A DNA stretch of 64,000 nt, from NCBI GenBank assembly GCA_963803615.1, contig CAWDNI010000007.1, forward strand, positions 23,445 to 87,444, in the 5' to 3' direction. The notes under the pieces were generated by a model that saw nothing but the letters and a program-made list of their open reading frames with translations, had not been told where the DNA came from and did not search any database. The translations under genes were made by a program, and so were the position numbers. The first letter of the stretch is position 1. The number at the start of each line of letters is the position of its first letter. Origin of the DNA: an uncultured Acidobacteriaceae bacterium (GTDB lineage Bacteria > Acidobacteriota > Terriglobia > Terriglobales > Acidobacteriaceae). This document shows, one piece after another, positions 1 through 9,240 of the stretch.

Positions 1-94
1 ACATCCCCAACCGGGTCCAGCGCCGGCCGCAGTCGCTGCGTCATGAAGTTCACGAAACAAATGCTTCGCTCCGGCCGGCCGGATGCAAGTCCCT

Positions 95-925
95 TCATCC
101 TTTGAAAATACGGGATGCGCGCATGAGTTCTCGCGTTTTCAGCACGATCATGTATTCGTAGATGGCCTGCAGATTGGCATACTCGATTCCCGCGCGCCCA
201 TCGAGAATGGCCCGGCGAACGAAGATCATATAACACCACTTAAGCAGCGGCCGTCCGGGAAGGCGGTAGAAAAGCGCCTTCTGCGCCACGCGGCGGGCAT
301 GGAAATCCTTGCCGAAGAATGCCGCACTCAGCGAGGCTCCGGAGCTTGCCTGGCCGGAGACGATCAACTCCGCCTCCATATCGGAGTAGGTGTTGTGTCT
401 CGCCAGCCAGTGGGCCGTTCCTTTGGAAAAGGGGAAATGGTCGAGCGGCGACCGCAGATTCTCGACTTTTCCGTCCACTTCCAGCACCTCATTGACCGCC
501 CGGGAGTAATAAGCTTTGCCGCGCCGGACCAGGCGGATGTACCAGGGAGAAAGCTGCGCATGCTTAAGCCATGTCCCGTTAAGAAAATCGCGCCGGCGAA
601 TGCGGAAGCCATTCACTCCATCGCCGGCAGAAGCAACCGCCTTCGGCATTTCCTGAACCAGTTCCTGCGTGGGCCGTTCGTCGGCGTCGAGCAGAAAAAT
701 CCAAGGATAGCGGAAGGGCAGCGATTGGAGAGCCGCGTTGCGCTGAGCGGAGTAGCTATCGAAGCGGCGCTCAACCAAATTGACTCCATGACTGCGCGCG
801 ATTTCGGCAGTACGGTCCGTGCTGAAGGAGTCAAAGACGTGAACATCGTCGCACCAAGCGACGGAAGCAAGGCAGCCGGGAAGATCGAGTTCTTCATTCC
901 TGGTCAGAATAAGGACGGAAATCAT
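95..925 (-). CDS. glycosyltransferase family 2 protein
   Basis: 276-aa ORF. N-terminus ISVLILTRNEELDLPGCLASV..DSFSTDRT and LLDADE fit the GT-A/GT2 pattern. The overlapping + strand 289-aa ORF is an antisense shadow. Confidence 0.8.
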   Translation of the reverse strand: MISVLILTRNEELDLPGCLASVAWCDDVHVFDSFSTDRTAEIARSHGVNLVERRFDSYSAQRNAALQSLPFRYPWIFLLDADERPTQELVQEMPKAVASAGDGVNGFRIRRRDFLNGTWLKHAQLSPWYIRLVRRGKAYYSRAVNEVLEVDGKVENLRSPLDHFPFSKGTAHWLARHNTYSDMEAELIVSGQASSGASLSAAFFGKDFHARRVAQKALFYRLPGRPLLKWCYMIFVRRAILDGRAGIEYANLQAIYEYMIVLKTRELMRASRIFKG

Positions 926-979
926 GTAGCGGACATTACCACATCACGGTAGCTGTGAGATTGCTCTAAAATTGCCCAT

Positions 980-2101
980 ATGACTCAGGGCCGTCGATCG
1001 ATCCTGCTGCTCTTGCTCTGCGTGGCATTGGCTCCCTTGCTCTACCGCCACATCGCCTACATCGCGCGCCCGTTTGGAGACACCCGAGTCTATGCTCATG
1101 CCATCGACAACTTCAACAGCGGAAAGTCCCCGTATGTACTGCCCGGCGAACTGCCCTACATTTATCCTCCCGTCTTTGTTTGGGCAGGCAGTTGGCTCTC
1201 CCGGCTGCTCACGCCAGCGCTGGGATGGAAACTCTACGTAACGGTCCATGTTGCCAGTGTGGTTGCGGTGCCGTTCATCCTGGCCCGGTTCTATTTGCGC
1301 CGTTTAGGCTATGTGGAGGCGGTTGCCTTGTTTCTTCTCGCGCCCTTTGCGGTCACTGAAAATGCCATGCTGGGCGGCAATGTTGCCCACCCTTTCTATT
1401 GCGCCGCGCTCTTAGCGGCAGCGCCAGGGCTTTCAAGCAACCGCTGGAGGTGGTTCTACGCCGTAGTCGTTTTAGCCGCAGCCGTGAAAATAACTTTCTT
1501 AATCTTGTTGCTGCTGCCGCTCCTGGCAGGGGCGGCCCAAATACTGCCCAGCGTGATCACGACAGCCATCACCGGGAGCCTTTATCTGCTGCAAATGATC
1601 TGTTCGCCGGAGCTGTACCACCAGTTTCGCGAGACGCTTGCCCGGCAGACCTTTACCTCCCGCAATTATGGCTTTGCGCCTTTCGGAGCCACCGCAAACC
1701 TGCTCTGGCACTTCCATATCTCCGGCTTCATTCTTCCCGCAGCGGTGCAGATCCTCTGCGCAGCAGCCATTCTTTATGTCCTCTGGCGGCTGCGCATGCG
1801 AGCAGAACCAGGAGATGATCGATGGCTGGCCTTGATCCTTGTGGCAATCGTTTTGGTAAACCCCCGCATGTTCGAGTCCGACGTGGCGACTGGACTGCTC
1901 GCAGCCTACTTCCTGCTTCTCTGCAACTGGCGTATCCCGGCAACTTGGGTCCTAGCTGCAATAAGCTTCTCGGGATTTTTCATTCGCCATGGCGCTCTCG
2001 GTTACCTTTTTCTGTTCACGTCGGCCTTCATCGCCGGAGCATGGACTCTACGCAAGGCTCCGGAGAGATCCGAAGCTAATCTCTCCGCCGTTCCCCTCTA
2101 G
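980..2101 (+). CDS. polytopic membrane protein, GT87/DUF2029-like glycosyltransferase candidate
   Basis: 373-aa ORF, hydrophobic throughout with about 10 predicted helices. Divergent from the GT2 gene. Family assignment rests on overall resemblance only. Confidence 0.5.
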   Translation: MTQGRRSILLLLLCVALAPLLYRHIAYIARPFGDTRVYAHAIDNFNSGKSPYVLPGELPYIYPPVFVWAGSWLSRLLTPALGWKLYVTVHVASVVAVPFILARFYLRRLGYVEAVALFLLAPFAVTENAMLGGNVAHPFYCAALLAAAPGLSSNRWRWFYAVVVLAAAVKITFLILLLLPLLAGAAQILPSVITTAITGSLYLLQMICSPELYHQFRETLARQTFTSRNYGFAPFGATANLLWHFHISGFILPAAVQILCAAAILYVLWRLRMRAEPGDDRWLALILVAIVLVNPRMFESDVATGLLAAYFLLLCNWRIPATWVLAAISFSGFFIRHGALGYLFLFTSAFIAGAWTLRKAPERSEANLSAVPL

Positions 2102-2207
2102 TGCGAAGAGTCGTGATTTTAATCGGCTCTCCTGTCCCTTAACTCGAAGCATCTTAGTTGCGACGGAGTTTTCAGCCCTTCGCGTTTTTCCGGTGAAAGG
2201 AGCAATC

Positions 2208-3302
2208 ATGCCACGCCCCTTCTGGTCAGGAACCATTCAGATTTCGCTTGTCGGCTTCGCGGTTGAAATCTATCCCGCGACTACCACCACCCGGCCCATT
2301 TCCTTTCATGAGCTTGACCGCAATACTTTGAGCCGGGTTCGCCGCCAGAACGTGTCAGCAGGTCCGGCGCCTCAACAAGAATCAGTAGCGCCCGAGGCTC
2401 CCGAACAAGCCCCCGACCAAGCCGAGGATATTTCGGCGAAGCACAAGACCTTGCTGCACATAGCGGCGCGAGCCGGTGATCGGGAAGCTGCTCGCGACCT
2501 GCCGGAAAATGCGGGCCAGCACGCTGTGGAGAAGGCTGACATCGTCAAAGGCTACGAATACCAGAAAGGGAAATACGCGATCGTTGAGCCGGCAGAGTTA
2601 AAAAACCTGCGCCTTGCCGGCAGAAAGACGATCGAAATCTCACAATTTTCAAAAGCAGCCGAGATCAATCCCGCCCTGTACGACAAGCCGTACTTCGTGC
2701 TGCCTAAGGCTGGTCCACAGGCAACAGCGTTTGCCGTCGTTCGGCAAAGCATGATCGACAGCAGCATGGTCGGAATTGGCGAAATCGTCTTCAGCGGACG
2801 GCAACATCTGATGGCTCTCGCGCCCCCTCACGATCCGGACCAACCCGGCATGATGCTCTATACCCTGCGCTTTGCCACGGAACTCCGCGACCCGCATGAC
2901 TACTCGGAAGGTATGGAAACCATTCAAGCCGACCCGGCGCAGCTCGGCTTGGCAAAGCAATTGATCGATGCCTACACGCAGCCTTTTGAGCTCGGCAAAT
3001 TCAAGGATCATTACGAGGATGCGCTTCGCGAGCTGGTAGAGGCAAAGATCAACCACTTGCCCCCACCCGCGGCTGAGCCCGAAACGAAACGCGGCCAGGT
3101 CATCGATCTAATGGAAGCACTGCGCCGGAGCCTTGCCCAGCGCAACCTCCCCGAAGCTGTCGCTGACAGTGCACAGCCGGCAGCCGAAACTGCAGTCAAC
3201 GATACACCGCCGAAGAAGCCATCTAGAACGAGCGCCGCGAGAGCCAAAACTGCTGGAGCAACAACCCGGGGCGCATCAGCAAAGAAATCCAAATCCGCTT
3301 AG
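2208..3302 (+). CDS. ku: Ku family DNA end-binding protein (NHEJ)
   Basis: ATG at 2208 is preceded by gaaaggag. N-terminus PFWSGTIQISLVGFAVEIYPA matches the Ku core (W.G.isFGLV.iPV). DIVKGYEY and DKPYFVLP motifs are present, with a Lys/Ala-rich basic tail. The ORF-track start at 1989 is an upstream extension. Confidence 0.85.
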   Translation: MPRPFWSGTIQISLVGFAVEIYPATTTTRPISFHELDRNTLSRVRRQNVSAGPAPQQESVAPEAPEQAPDQAEDISAKHKTLLHIAARAGDREAARDLPENAGQHAVEKADIVKGYEYQKGKYAIVEPAELKNLRLAGRKTIEISQFSKAAEINPALYDKPYFVLPKAGPQATAFAVVRQSMIDSSMVGIGEIVFSGRQHLMALAPPHDPDQPGMMLYTLRFATELRDPHDYSEGMETIQADPAQLGLAKQLIDAYTQPFELGKFKDHYEDALRELVEAKINHLPPPAAEPETKRGQVIDLMEALRRSLAQRNLPEAVADSAQPAAETAVNDTPPKKPSRTSAARAKTAGATTRGASAKKSKSA

Positions 3303-4586
3303 ATCAAGGCCATCAAAGCATTTTCCTGATACCGTGGTGACGCAAGATTATGTGTAGCCATTTAGGAATGGCTGCGTCAGGAGCTGTTTCTCCCTCTGGA
3401 CCATCAGGAAAAATGTTCTAGGCAGGTCCAAATGGAATTGATTGGCAGGGATGGTGTTTCAGAGCTGGCTGGGGAAGTCATTGGGATTGGAAGCAAAAGA
3501 GCCTGTTGAAAGAAACAGTCTCCAAAAGAAAGAACGGTGACACCGGCTTTCTGCCGATTGAATCCTCCCCCGAGAATCAATCCGCAGCTAGCAAGAATCA
3601 CCGCTTGATTGCAAGAATACCGACTTCCTGGTCTTAAGCCACAGTTTCTAAGTAACAATCGCTTACACAATAGTACCGTGTACGATGTTACCTAGGCCTA
3701 AGAGGCTGGGTTTTGCGTCCAGGCTCGGCAGTTCTCTCAATTAGAGAGAAGATTAGCAATCATCAAAGAGAAAGACTGACAAAAATCAGACCTTGCTGAA
3801 CAGTCCTGGTCCATAGTAGATACAAGAGCCTATTTTTACACTGTTCCATAACTGGCTGTTCCATAACTGGCCCTCATCCGATTGTTTCCAACACATAAAA
3901 ACCGGAAGTGTTTCGAAAGCGACGTAGAAAGACTGCAACTATAGCAAGTCGAGCAGTTTTTCAATGAGCTGCGGGTATCCGGAAGAGGAAATCACCGCAT
4001 CGACTCCATTGCGAAACTGAACCAGTCCGACCCCTCTTTGGTAGTCCATCGTAAGACTTACGATTCGCTCCATGCTGACCGCGCGAGCAGCGTCAAGCGT
4101 TATTTCGAGCGATGCCTTTGGTTCGCGGTGATTCTGCGTGGTCCACCTCAATGAATCCCTCCCCCGAAGAATCAGATCAGCAGTCCAACAGAACCACCGC
4201 TGTCGAGAAGCATATCCGTTAGACGCTGTTTGACTACAACTATTGGGTAACAAACGGCGGCATAAAAGTACTCGGGCAGGGTAATGGAGCCGCCGGTTAT
4301 CGCAGTGTCGACAGGAGTTCATTTCAGGAGAATGCGCGGCGGGATCCTCCGCTCTTGCACAGACAATCGGGCAACCTTTACTATTCTTTACGGTCCGAAA
4401 AGACTTCCAGTCACATGATCGAAACTGCTGAACGTGTGGACGCTCTGGCTCGGAATCGGCCTTTGCAGCGCTGGCCACCCCGAAAAAACATGAGAACCAG
4501 ACTCTCCGGTTTAAGAGGTCATCAAAAGCAAACATTTGCCCTCCAACCCGCGTTGGAGGCCGGCATACCAGGTGACGGCTGAGTTT

Positions 4587-5717
4587 ATGAAAAATCGCTT
4601 GATGCGTTGGGAGAACCTGAAATATCTCTGTCTCCTCATCACACTTTTAACGACAGGACTGCGCATGGAGGCGAAGGTGACCGAGTCCGCATTCGGCAAG
4701 ATGCCCGACGGAACAAATATTGAAATCTACACGCTCGAGAGCGGACAGGTGAAGGCGCGCATCATGACTTACGGCGCTCGCGTCGTTTCTCTTGAGGTTC
4801 CCGACCGCCACGGAAAAATTGCGGATATCGTCCTCGGCTATGACACCTTTGACCCGTACATAAAACCTCCCAGAACATATTTTGGAGCTATTGTAGGACG
4901 CTACGCCAACCGCATTGCTCATGGCGCTTTTCCGCTCGATGGGAAGGAAATTCACGTCGCCAAGAACGAAAGCGGGAACACTCTACACGGCGGAACACAA
5001 GGGTTTGACAGCCGTGTTTGGAAGGCGCATGTCATCCCCGACGGCGTGGAGTTTACCTTGATTAGCCCTAATGGCGACCAGGGTTTTCCGGGAACGTTGA
5101 CCGCTCACGTCCGCTACACGCTGCAGCAGGACTCGCTTAAGATCGACTATTCCGCCACCACCGATCAAGATACCGTCGTCAATCTGAGCAATCACAGCTA
5201 CTTCAACCTGGCAGGTGAAGGGAACGGTAATATTCTCGGCAATCTGTTGACCATCCACGCGGATCGCTATACACCCGTCGATTCCGGTCTTATCCCCACC
5301 GGACAGCTGGCTCCGGTTGAGGGCACGCCCTTCGATTTCCGCAAGGAAACTGAGATCGGCGCGCGCATCCATGAGAACAATGAACAGCTCAAGCTGGCTA
5401 AGGGCTATGACCAGAATTGGGTTTTAGACAGCAAGCAGGGTGAACTGAGGGAAGCTGTTCGCGTAGTCGAACCCAAGAGTGGCCGCGTTATGACGGTGAA
5501 GACGACCCAGCCCGGGGTGCAGTTTTACACCGGCAATCAGCTGGACGGAACAGCTCACGGCAAGCATGGCCATATTTACGCCAAGAATGCAGCTCTGTGC
5601 CTGGAAACGCAGCATTTTCCAGATTCGCCCAATCATCCCAATTTTCCTTCCACCGAGCTCAAGCCGGGACAGACGTTTCATCAGGTAACCGTGTTTACCT
5701 TTTCAACCCAGAAGTGA
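4587..5717 (+). CDS. galM: aldose 1-epimerase (galactose mutarotase), secreted
   Basis: Motifs GRYANRIA, NTLHGG, NHSYFNL and ETQHFPDSPN. I chose the ATG at 4587 (MKNRLMRWENLKYLCLLITLL) because it gives a signal-peptide-like N-terminus. Confidence 0.9.
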   Translation: MKNRLMRWENLKYLCLLITLLTTGLRMEAKVTESAFGKMPDGTNIEIYTLESGQVKARIMTYGARVVSLEVPDRHGKIADIVLGYDTFDPYIKPPRTYFGAIVGRYANRIAHGAFPLDGKEIHVAKNESGNTLHGGTQGFDSRVWKAHVIPDGVEFTLISPNGDQGFPGTLTAHVRYTLQQDSLKIDYSATTDQDTVVNLSNHSYFNLAGEGNGNILGNLLTIHADRYTPVDSGLIPTGQLAPVEGTPFDFRKETEIGARIHENNEQLKLAKGYDQNWVLDSKQGELREAVRVVEPKSGRVMTVKTTQPGVQFYTGNQLDGTAHGKHGHIYAKNAALCLETQHFPDSPNHPNFPSTELKPGQTFHQVTVFTFSTQK

Positions 5718-5720
5718 TAG

Positions 5721-5741
5721 AAGCGCTCTGAACGGGCGCTT
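5721..5741 (+). terminator. stem-loop just after galM (AAGCGC-9 nt-GCGCTT), no U-tract
   Basis: 6-bp GC-rich stem starting 4 nt after the galM stop. A near-identical 21-mer recurs at 61882-61902, after the GH130 gene. Confidence 0.3.
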
Positions 5742-5894
5742 GCATTGCAACCTCAGGTGGAGACCTAACCTCCACAGACCAGGAGTGGGCTGTGCATCCT
5801 TGGAATCACCGGAATTACCGAAACGGCAGCAGCGAGGGCAGGATTCCCCGTCACGCTGCCGCCTGCTCCGCTTGGTGCTTGTTCATGTCTTCTT

Positions 5895-7067
5895 TTGGGC
5901 TGGCCGGCATCTTCTCCGGCCGCATCCTCGCAGGAGACGTGGTTGCCAACCTGGAGCACGGCTCCAATGACCAACACTACCGGCTTTAGCAATCAGACCA
6001 TCCGCATGATCGTGCGCACTACTCTGGGCGGCAAACAGGTGCGGATTCGGCTTTCCAACGTCTACGGAAACCAATCCTTGTCGATCGGTACAGCGCACAT
6101 AGCCCTTGCCGGGCAAGGCTCCGCGATCGTCGCCGGAACGGACCATCCCCTGGCCTTTGGCGGGCAGCCAGGTATCGTGATTCCTCCAGGCGGCTACGCT
6201 CTCAGCGATCCTGTGAGCCTGGATGTGCCGCGGCTCGGTGATCTGGCGGTAAGCGTCTATCTGCCAGGAACCACCACCGCATCCACGGGGCATTCTACTG
6301 GGCTAAGGACCACGTACATCTCCTCGGCCGGAGACTCCACCGGTGCGGCCGAAATGCCGGCCGGCACCACCACGCTCTCCTATTATTGGCTGACCGATGT
6401 CTATGTCGATGCGGACAAGCCGGCTCCGGTGATTGTGGCCTTTGGAGACTCGATTACCGACGGAGCGCACGCCACGCCCAATACCAATAGCAGTTGGCCG
6501 AGTGTTTTAGGCAAGCTTTTGCTGAGCAAATCGGATCACGCCAGAGTCGCGGTTCTGAACGAAGGCATCGGAGGCAATCGCCTGCTCCATGACATTACCG
6601 GGTCAAACGCACTGGCCCGCTTCGACCGTGATGCAATCGACCAACCTCACGCGAGCACGGTGATTCTGCTTGAGGGCATCAACGATATCGGATGGCCGGC
6701 GCGTCCTAACAGCGAATACCACGACCAGGCGGTCACCTCCGCGGATCTCATTCAAGCCATGCAGCAACTTATCGCCCGCTGCCACATGCACAAGATCAAA
6801 ATTGTCGGAGCGACCCTGACTCCCTATGACGGAGCGGGTTATTTCTCTCCCGGCGGCGAAGCCACCCGCGAAGCAGTCAATCAATGGATTCTCACCAGCG
6901 GCGCCTTCGACGCGGTCGTGGACTTCGCCAAGGTAACGGCGGATCCGGCACATCCCACTCACATGCTGGCGGCCTATGACAGCGGAGACCATCTCCATCC
7001 CGCGGATGCCGGCTACCAGGCAATGGCTGCGGCCGCGGCTGAGGTGATTCAGCACATGGGTAAATAG
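5895..7067 (+). CDS. SGNH/GDSL hydrolase family protein
   Basis: SGNH blocks are present: FGDSITDG, GIGGNR, GINDI, DHLHP. The start is uncertain: TTG at 5895 gives no signal peptide in frame. Confidence 0.8.
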   Translation: MGWPASSPAASSQETWLPTWSTAPMTNTTGFSNQTIRMIVRTTLGGKQVRIRLSNVYGNQSLSIGTAHIALAGQGSAIVAGTDHPLAFGGQPGIVIPPGGYALSDPVSLDVPRLGDLAVSVYLPGTTTASTGHSTGLRTTYISSAGDSTGAAEMPAGTTTLSYYWLTDVYVDADKPAPVIVAFGDSITDGAHATPNTNSSWPSVLGKLLLSKSDHARVAVLNEGIGGNRLLHDITGSNALARFDRDAIDQPHASTVILLEGINDIGWPARPNSEYHDQAVTSADLIQAMQQLIARCHMHKIKIVGATLTPYDGAGYFSPGGEATREAVNQWILTSGAFDAVVDFAKVTADPAHPTHMLAAYDSGDHLHPADAGYQAMAAAAAEVIQHMGK

Positions 7068-7133
7068 CCTTCATCCCATATCTCCCCGCGAATCTCATAG
7101 CCCCAAGAGAGATGCTACCCTCAACAGAGGCGC

Positions 7134-8264
7134 ATGCTGGACAAATCCCTCATCGAGCGGAGCACATCGGCTCTATCCCAAACGCAGACCGGGGGCAGTC
7201 GTTTTGTCCGGGCCTGCCTGCGCCAGCCGGTAGACCGGACGCCAGTGTGGTTCCTCCGTCAGGCCGGGCGCTACATGCCCGAGTACCAGGCTGTCCGCCG
7301 TCACTACTCCTTGCTTGAGATATGCAAGAGGCCCGAATTAGCCGCCGAAGTGACCATTACGGCTGCAGAAAAGCTGGATGTCGATGCAGCCATCATTTTT
7401 GCCGACCTGCTGTTGCCCCTTGAAGGCATGGGCTTGGAGTTTGAGTTTCAAGCCGGAGAAGGCCCGGTAATTCATAACCCGGTGCGCACCTCCGCCGCTG
7501 TTGAACGGTTGCGCACAGATCGGGCATTGGAACTCGGCTATGTAGCCGAAGCTATCCGTAAGGTGGCCGCGCACTTCGCCAATCGTCTTGGCATTATTGG
7601 ATTCTGCGGCGCGCCCTTCACCCTGGCAAGCTACGTGATTGAAGGCGGGGGCTCGCGCAATTACATCCATACCAAATCCTTGATGTACCGCGATGCTGCC
7701 GTTTGGCGGCTGCTGCTTGAAAAGCTCGCCTCCGTGCTTGGAGAATTCGCCGCGCAACAGGTCGAGGCCGGCGCCGATGCGATCCAGATCTTCGATAGCT
7801 GGGCCGGTGCCCTAGCCCCAGTCGATTATCGCGAATTCGTTTTGCCTGTGACGAAACAATTGGTTCGCGATGTGCAGGCTCTTGGGGTCCCCGTCATCTA
7901 TTTCGGGGTGGATACCGCGACCCTTCTGCCCGCAATGCGCGAGACCGGCGCCGATGTCTTTGGCCTGGATTGGCGCGTGGACTTGGATGAAGGCTGGCGA
8001 GCGCTAGGCCGCGGTTGCGCCGTTCAGGGCAATCTCGATCCGATCGCGCTGTTTGCCGAAGAGGCTCTGCTGCGCGAGCGCGTCCGGCGGATTCTCGCCC
8101 AGGCCGGCGGCCGGCCGGGGCACATCTTCAATCTGGGACATGGCATCGTTCCCGGTACGCCGGTTGAGAACGTGCAGAGAGTGGTCCAATATGTGCGCGA
8201 GTACAGCCAGGCAGGCCTGTCTGGCTTCGAGAGCACTGGCGAGCGGGAGAATCCCCGTGCCTGA
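7134..8264 (+). CDS. hemE: uroporphyrinogen decarboxylase
   Basis: PVWFLRQAGRYMPEY signature and full-length URO-D-like sequence. Confidence 0.95.
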   Translation: MLDKSLIERSTSALSQTQTGGSRFVRACLRQPVDRTPVWFLRQAGRYMPEYQAVRRHYSLLEICKRPELAAEVTITAAEKLDVDAAIIFADLLLPLEGMGLEFEFQAGEGPVIHNPVRTSAAVERLRTDRALELGYVAEAIRKVAAHFANRLGIIGFCGAPFTLASYVIEGGGSRNYIHTKSLMYRDAAVWRLLLEKLASVLGEFAAQQVEAGADAIQIFDSWAGALAPVDYREFVLPVTKQLVRDVQALGVPVIYFGVDTATLLPAMRETGADVFGLDWRVDLDEGWRALGRGCAVQGNLDPIALFAEEALLRERVRRILAQAGGRPGHIFNLGHGIVPGTPVENVQRVVQYVREYSQAGLSGFESTGERENPRA

Positions 8265-9240
8265 GTTCGCTGCCCAGAAATCTGCGGTGCTCCTGCTTGC
8301 GCATGGCACTCCCGAAACGCTCGATCAGATTCCCCAATACCTGCGTAACATCACCGGTGGCCGTCTCTTGCCCGACGCGGCGATAGAAGAGATCCGCCAC
8401 CGTTACAGCCTGATCGGCCAGAGTCCGCTCACTCGGCTTACGTTGGAGCAGGGCAGCTTACTCCAGGATTCTCTCCGCATCCCTGTTTATGTAGGCATGC
8501 GCAATTGGAACCCGTACATAGCCGATGTAGTTCGCCGGATGCGCGGCGACGGCATCGCTTCAGCAGTTGTTATTTGCCTTGCTCCGCAGAACTCCCGCAC
8601 CAGCGTCGGCCTCTATCGGAGCGCCACCCTCGCCGCATCCGGGAACGCCATAGAAATCGATTTCATCGAAGGCTGGGCCGATCACCCCAAACTGGCCGAA
8701 GCCTTTGCAGAACAACTTGAACCGATGTGGCAGAACGCCTCCGCCAAGGCGGCCTGCAGTGTCCCGGTGCTCTTTACCGCTCACAGCGTACCCTGCAAGA
8801 CCATCATCTCCGGAGAGGCGTCATCCGGTCCGGATCCTTATCCAGTCGAAGCGAAGCGCACAGCGGGCAATGTCGCCGCATTGCTTGCGCGGGTCGGGCT
8901 TACCGCGGAAGACTGGTTCTTCGCATTTCAAAGCCAGGGAATCTCAGGCGGTCCTTGGATCGGTCCCACGGTGGAAGATACGCTTACGGCGCTGCGCCAA
9001 CAGGGCCATCGCTCGGTGGTTATCCAGGCCATAGGCTTCCTGTGCGATCACGTCGAGATTCTCTATGACATCGATATCGGCTTCCGTGAATTCGCCGCCG
9101 GAATCGGTCTCGAGGTCACCCGGGCGCCGTCCCTGAATGACTCGCCGGTTTTGACTGCGACGCTCGCCGATCTCGCCCGGGGAGGTCTCGCCCGCCTCCA
9201 CCAGCAAAGGCAAACTGCTCTGCTCAATGCCACAGGATGA
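8257..9240 (+). CDS. hemH: ferrochelatase (HemH/CpfC family)
   Basis: GTG at 8257 follows gggaga and overlaps the hemE stop. Motifs LLLAHGTPE..IPQYL, MRNWNPYI, FTAHSVP. The ORF-track start at 8053 lies inside hemE. Confidence 0.9.
   Translation: MPEFAAQKSAVLLLAHGTPETLDQIPQYLRNITGGRLLPDAAIEEIRHRYSLIGQSPLTRLTLEQGSLLQDSLRIPVYVGMRNWNPYIADVVRRMRGDGIASAVVICLAPQNSRTSVGLYRSATLAASGNAIEIDFIEGWADHPKLAEAFAEQLEPMWQNASAKAACSVPVLFTAHSVPCKTIISGEASSGPDPYPVEAKRTAGNVAALLARVGLTAEDWFFAFQSQGISGGPWIGPTVEDTLTALRQQGHRSVVIQAIGFLCDHVEILYDIDIGFREFAAGIGLEVTRAPSLNDSPVLTATLADLARGGLARLHQQRQTALLNATG

Noticed and set aside
83-952. 289-aa ORF on the + strand
   Set aside because: It is entirely antisense to the GT2 gene, which has clear family motifs. 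Its composition is Arg/Gly/Ala-rich, typical of a high-G+C shadow ORF.
1989-2207. Upstream extension of the Ku ORF (and similar extensions at 8053-8256 for hemH, 14822-15190 for etfB, 31890-32231 for the CGL gene, 39902-40051 for mce, 48255-48431 for the TPR gene)
   Set aside because: The extensions overlap neighbouring genes or lack protein-like sequence. Internal starts with RBS give canonical family N-termini.
3356-3373. Hairpin AGCCATT-TAGG-AATGGCT after ku as a terminator
   Set aside because: It has a 7-bp AT-containing stem without a following T-tract and lies 54 nt from the stop. Too weak to call.
3939-4535. 198-aa ORF in the ku-galM gap
   Set aside because: Most of the translation is Cys/Arg/Trp/Ser-rich and not protein-like, with no RBS or family motif. 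Only the last ~55 codons look plausible, so I did not call a CDS. It is discussed as part of the ORF-poor region.
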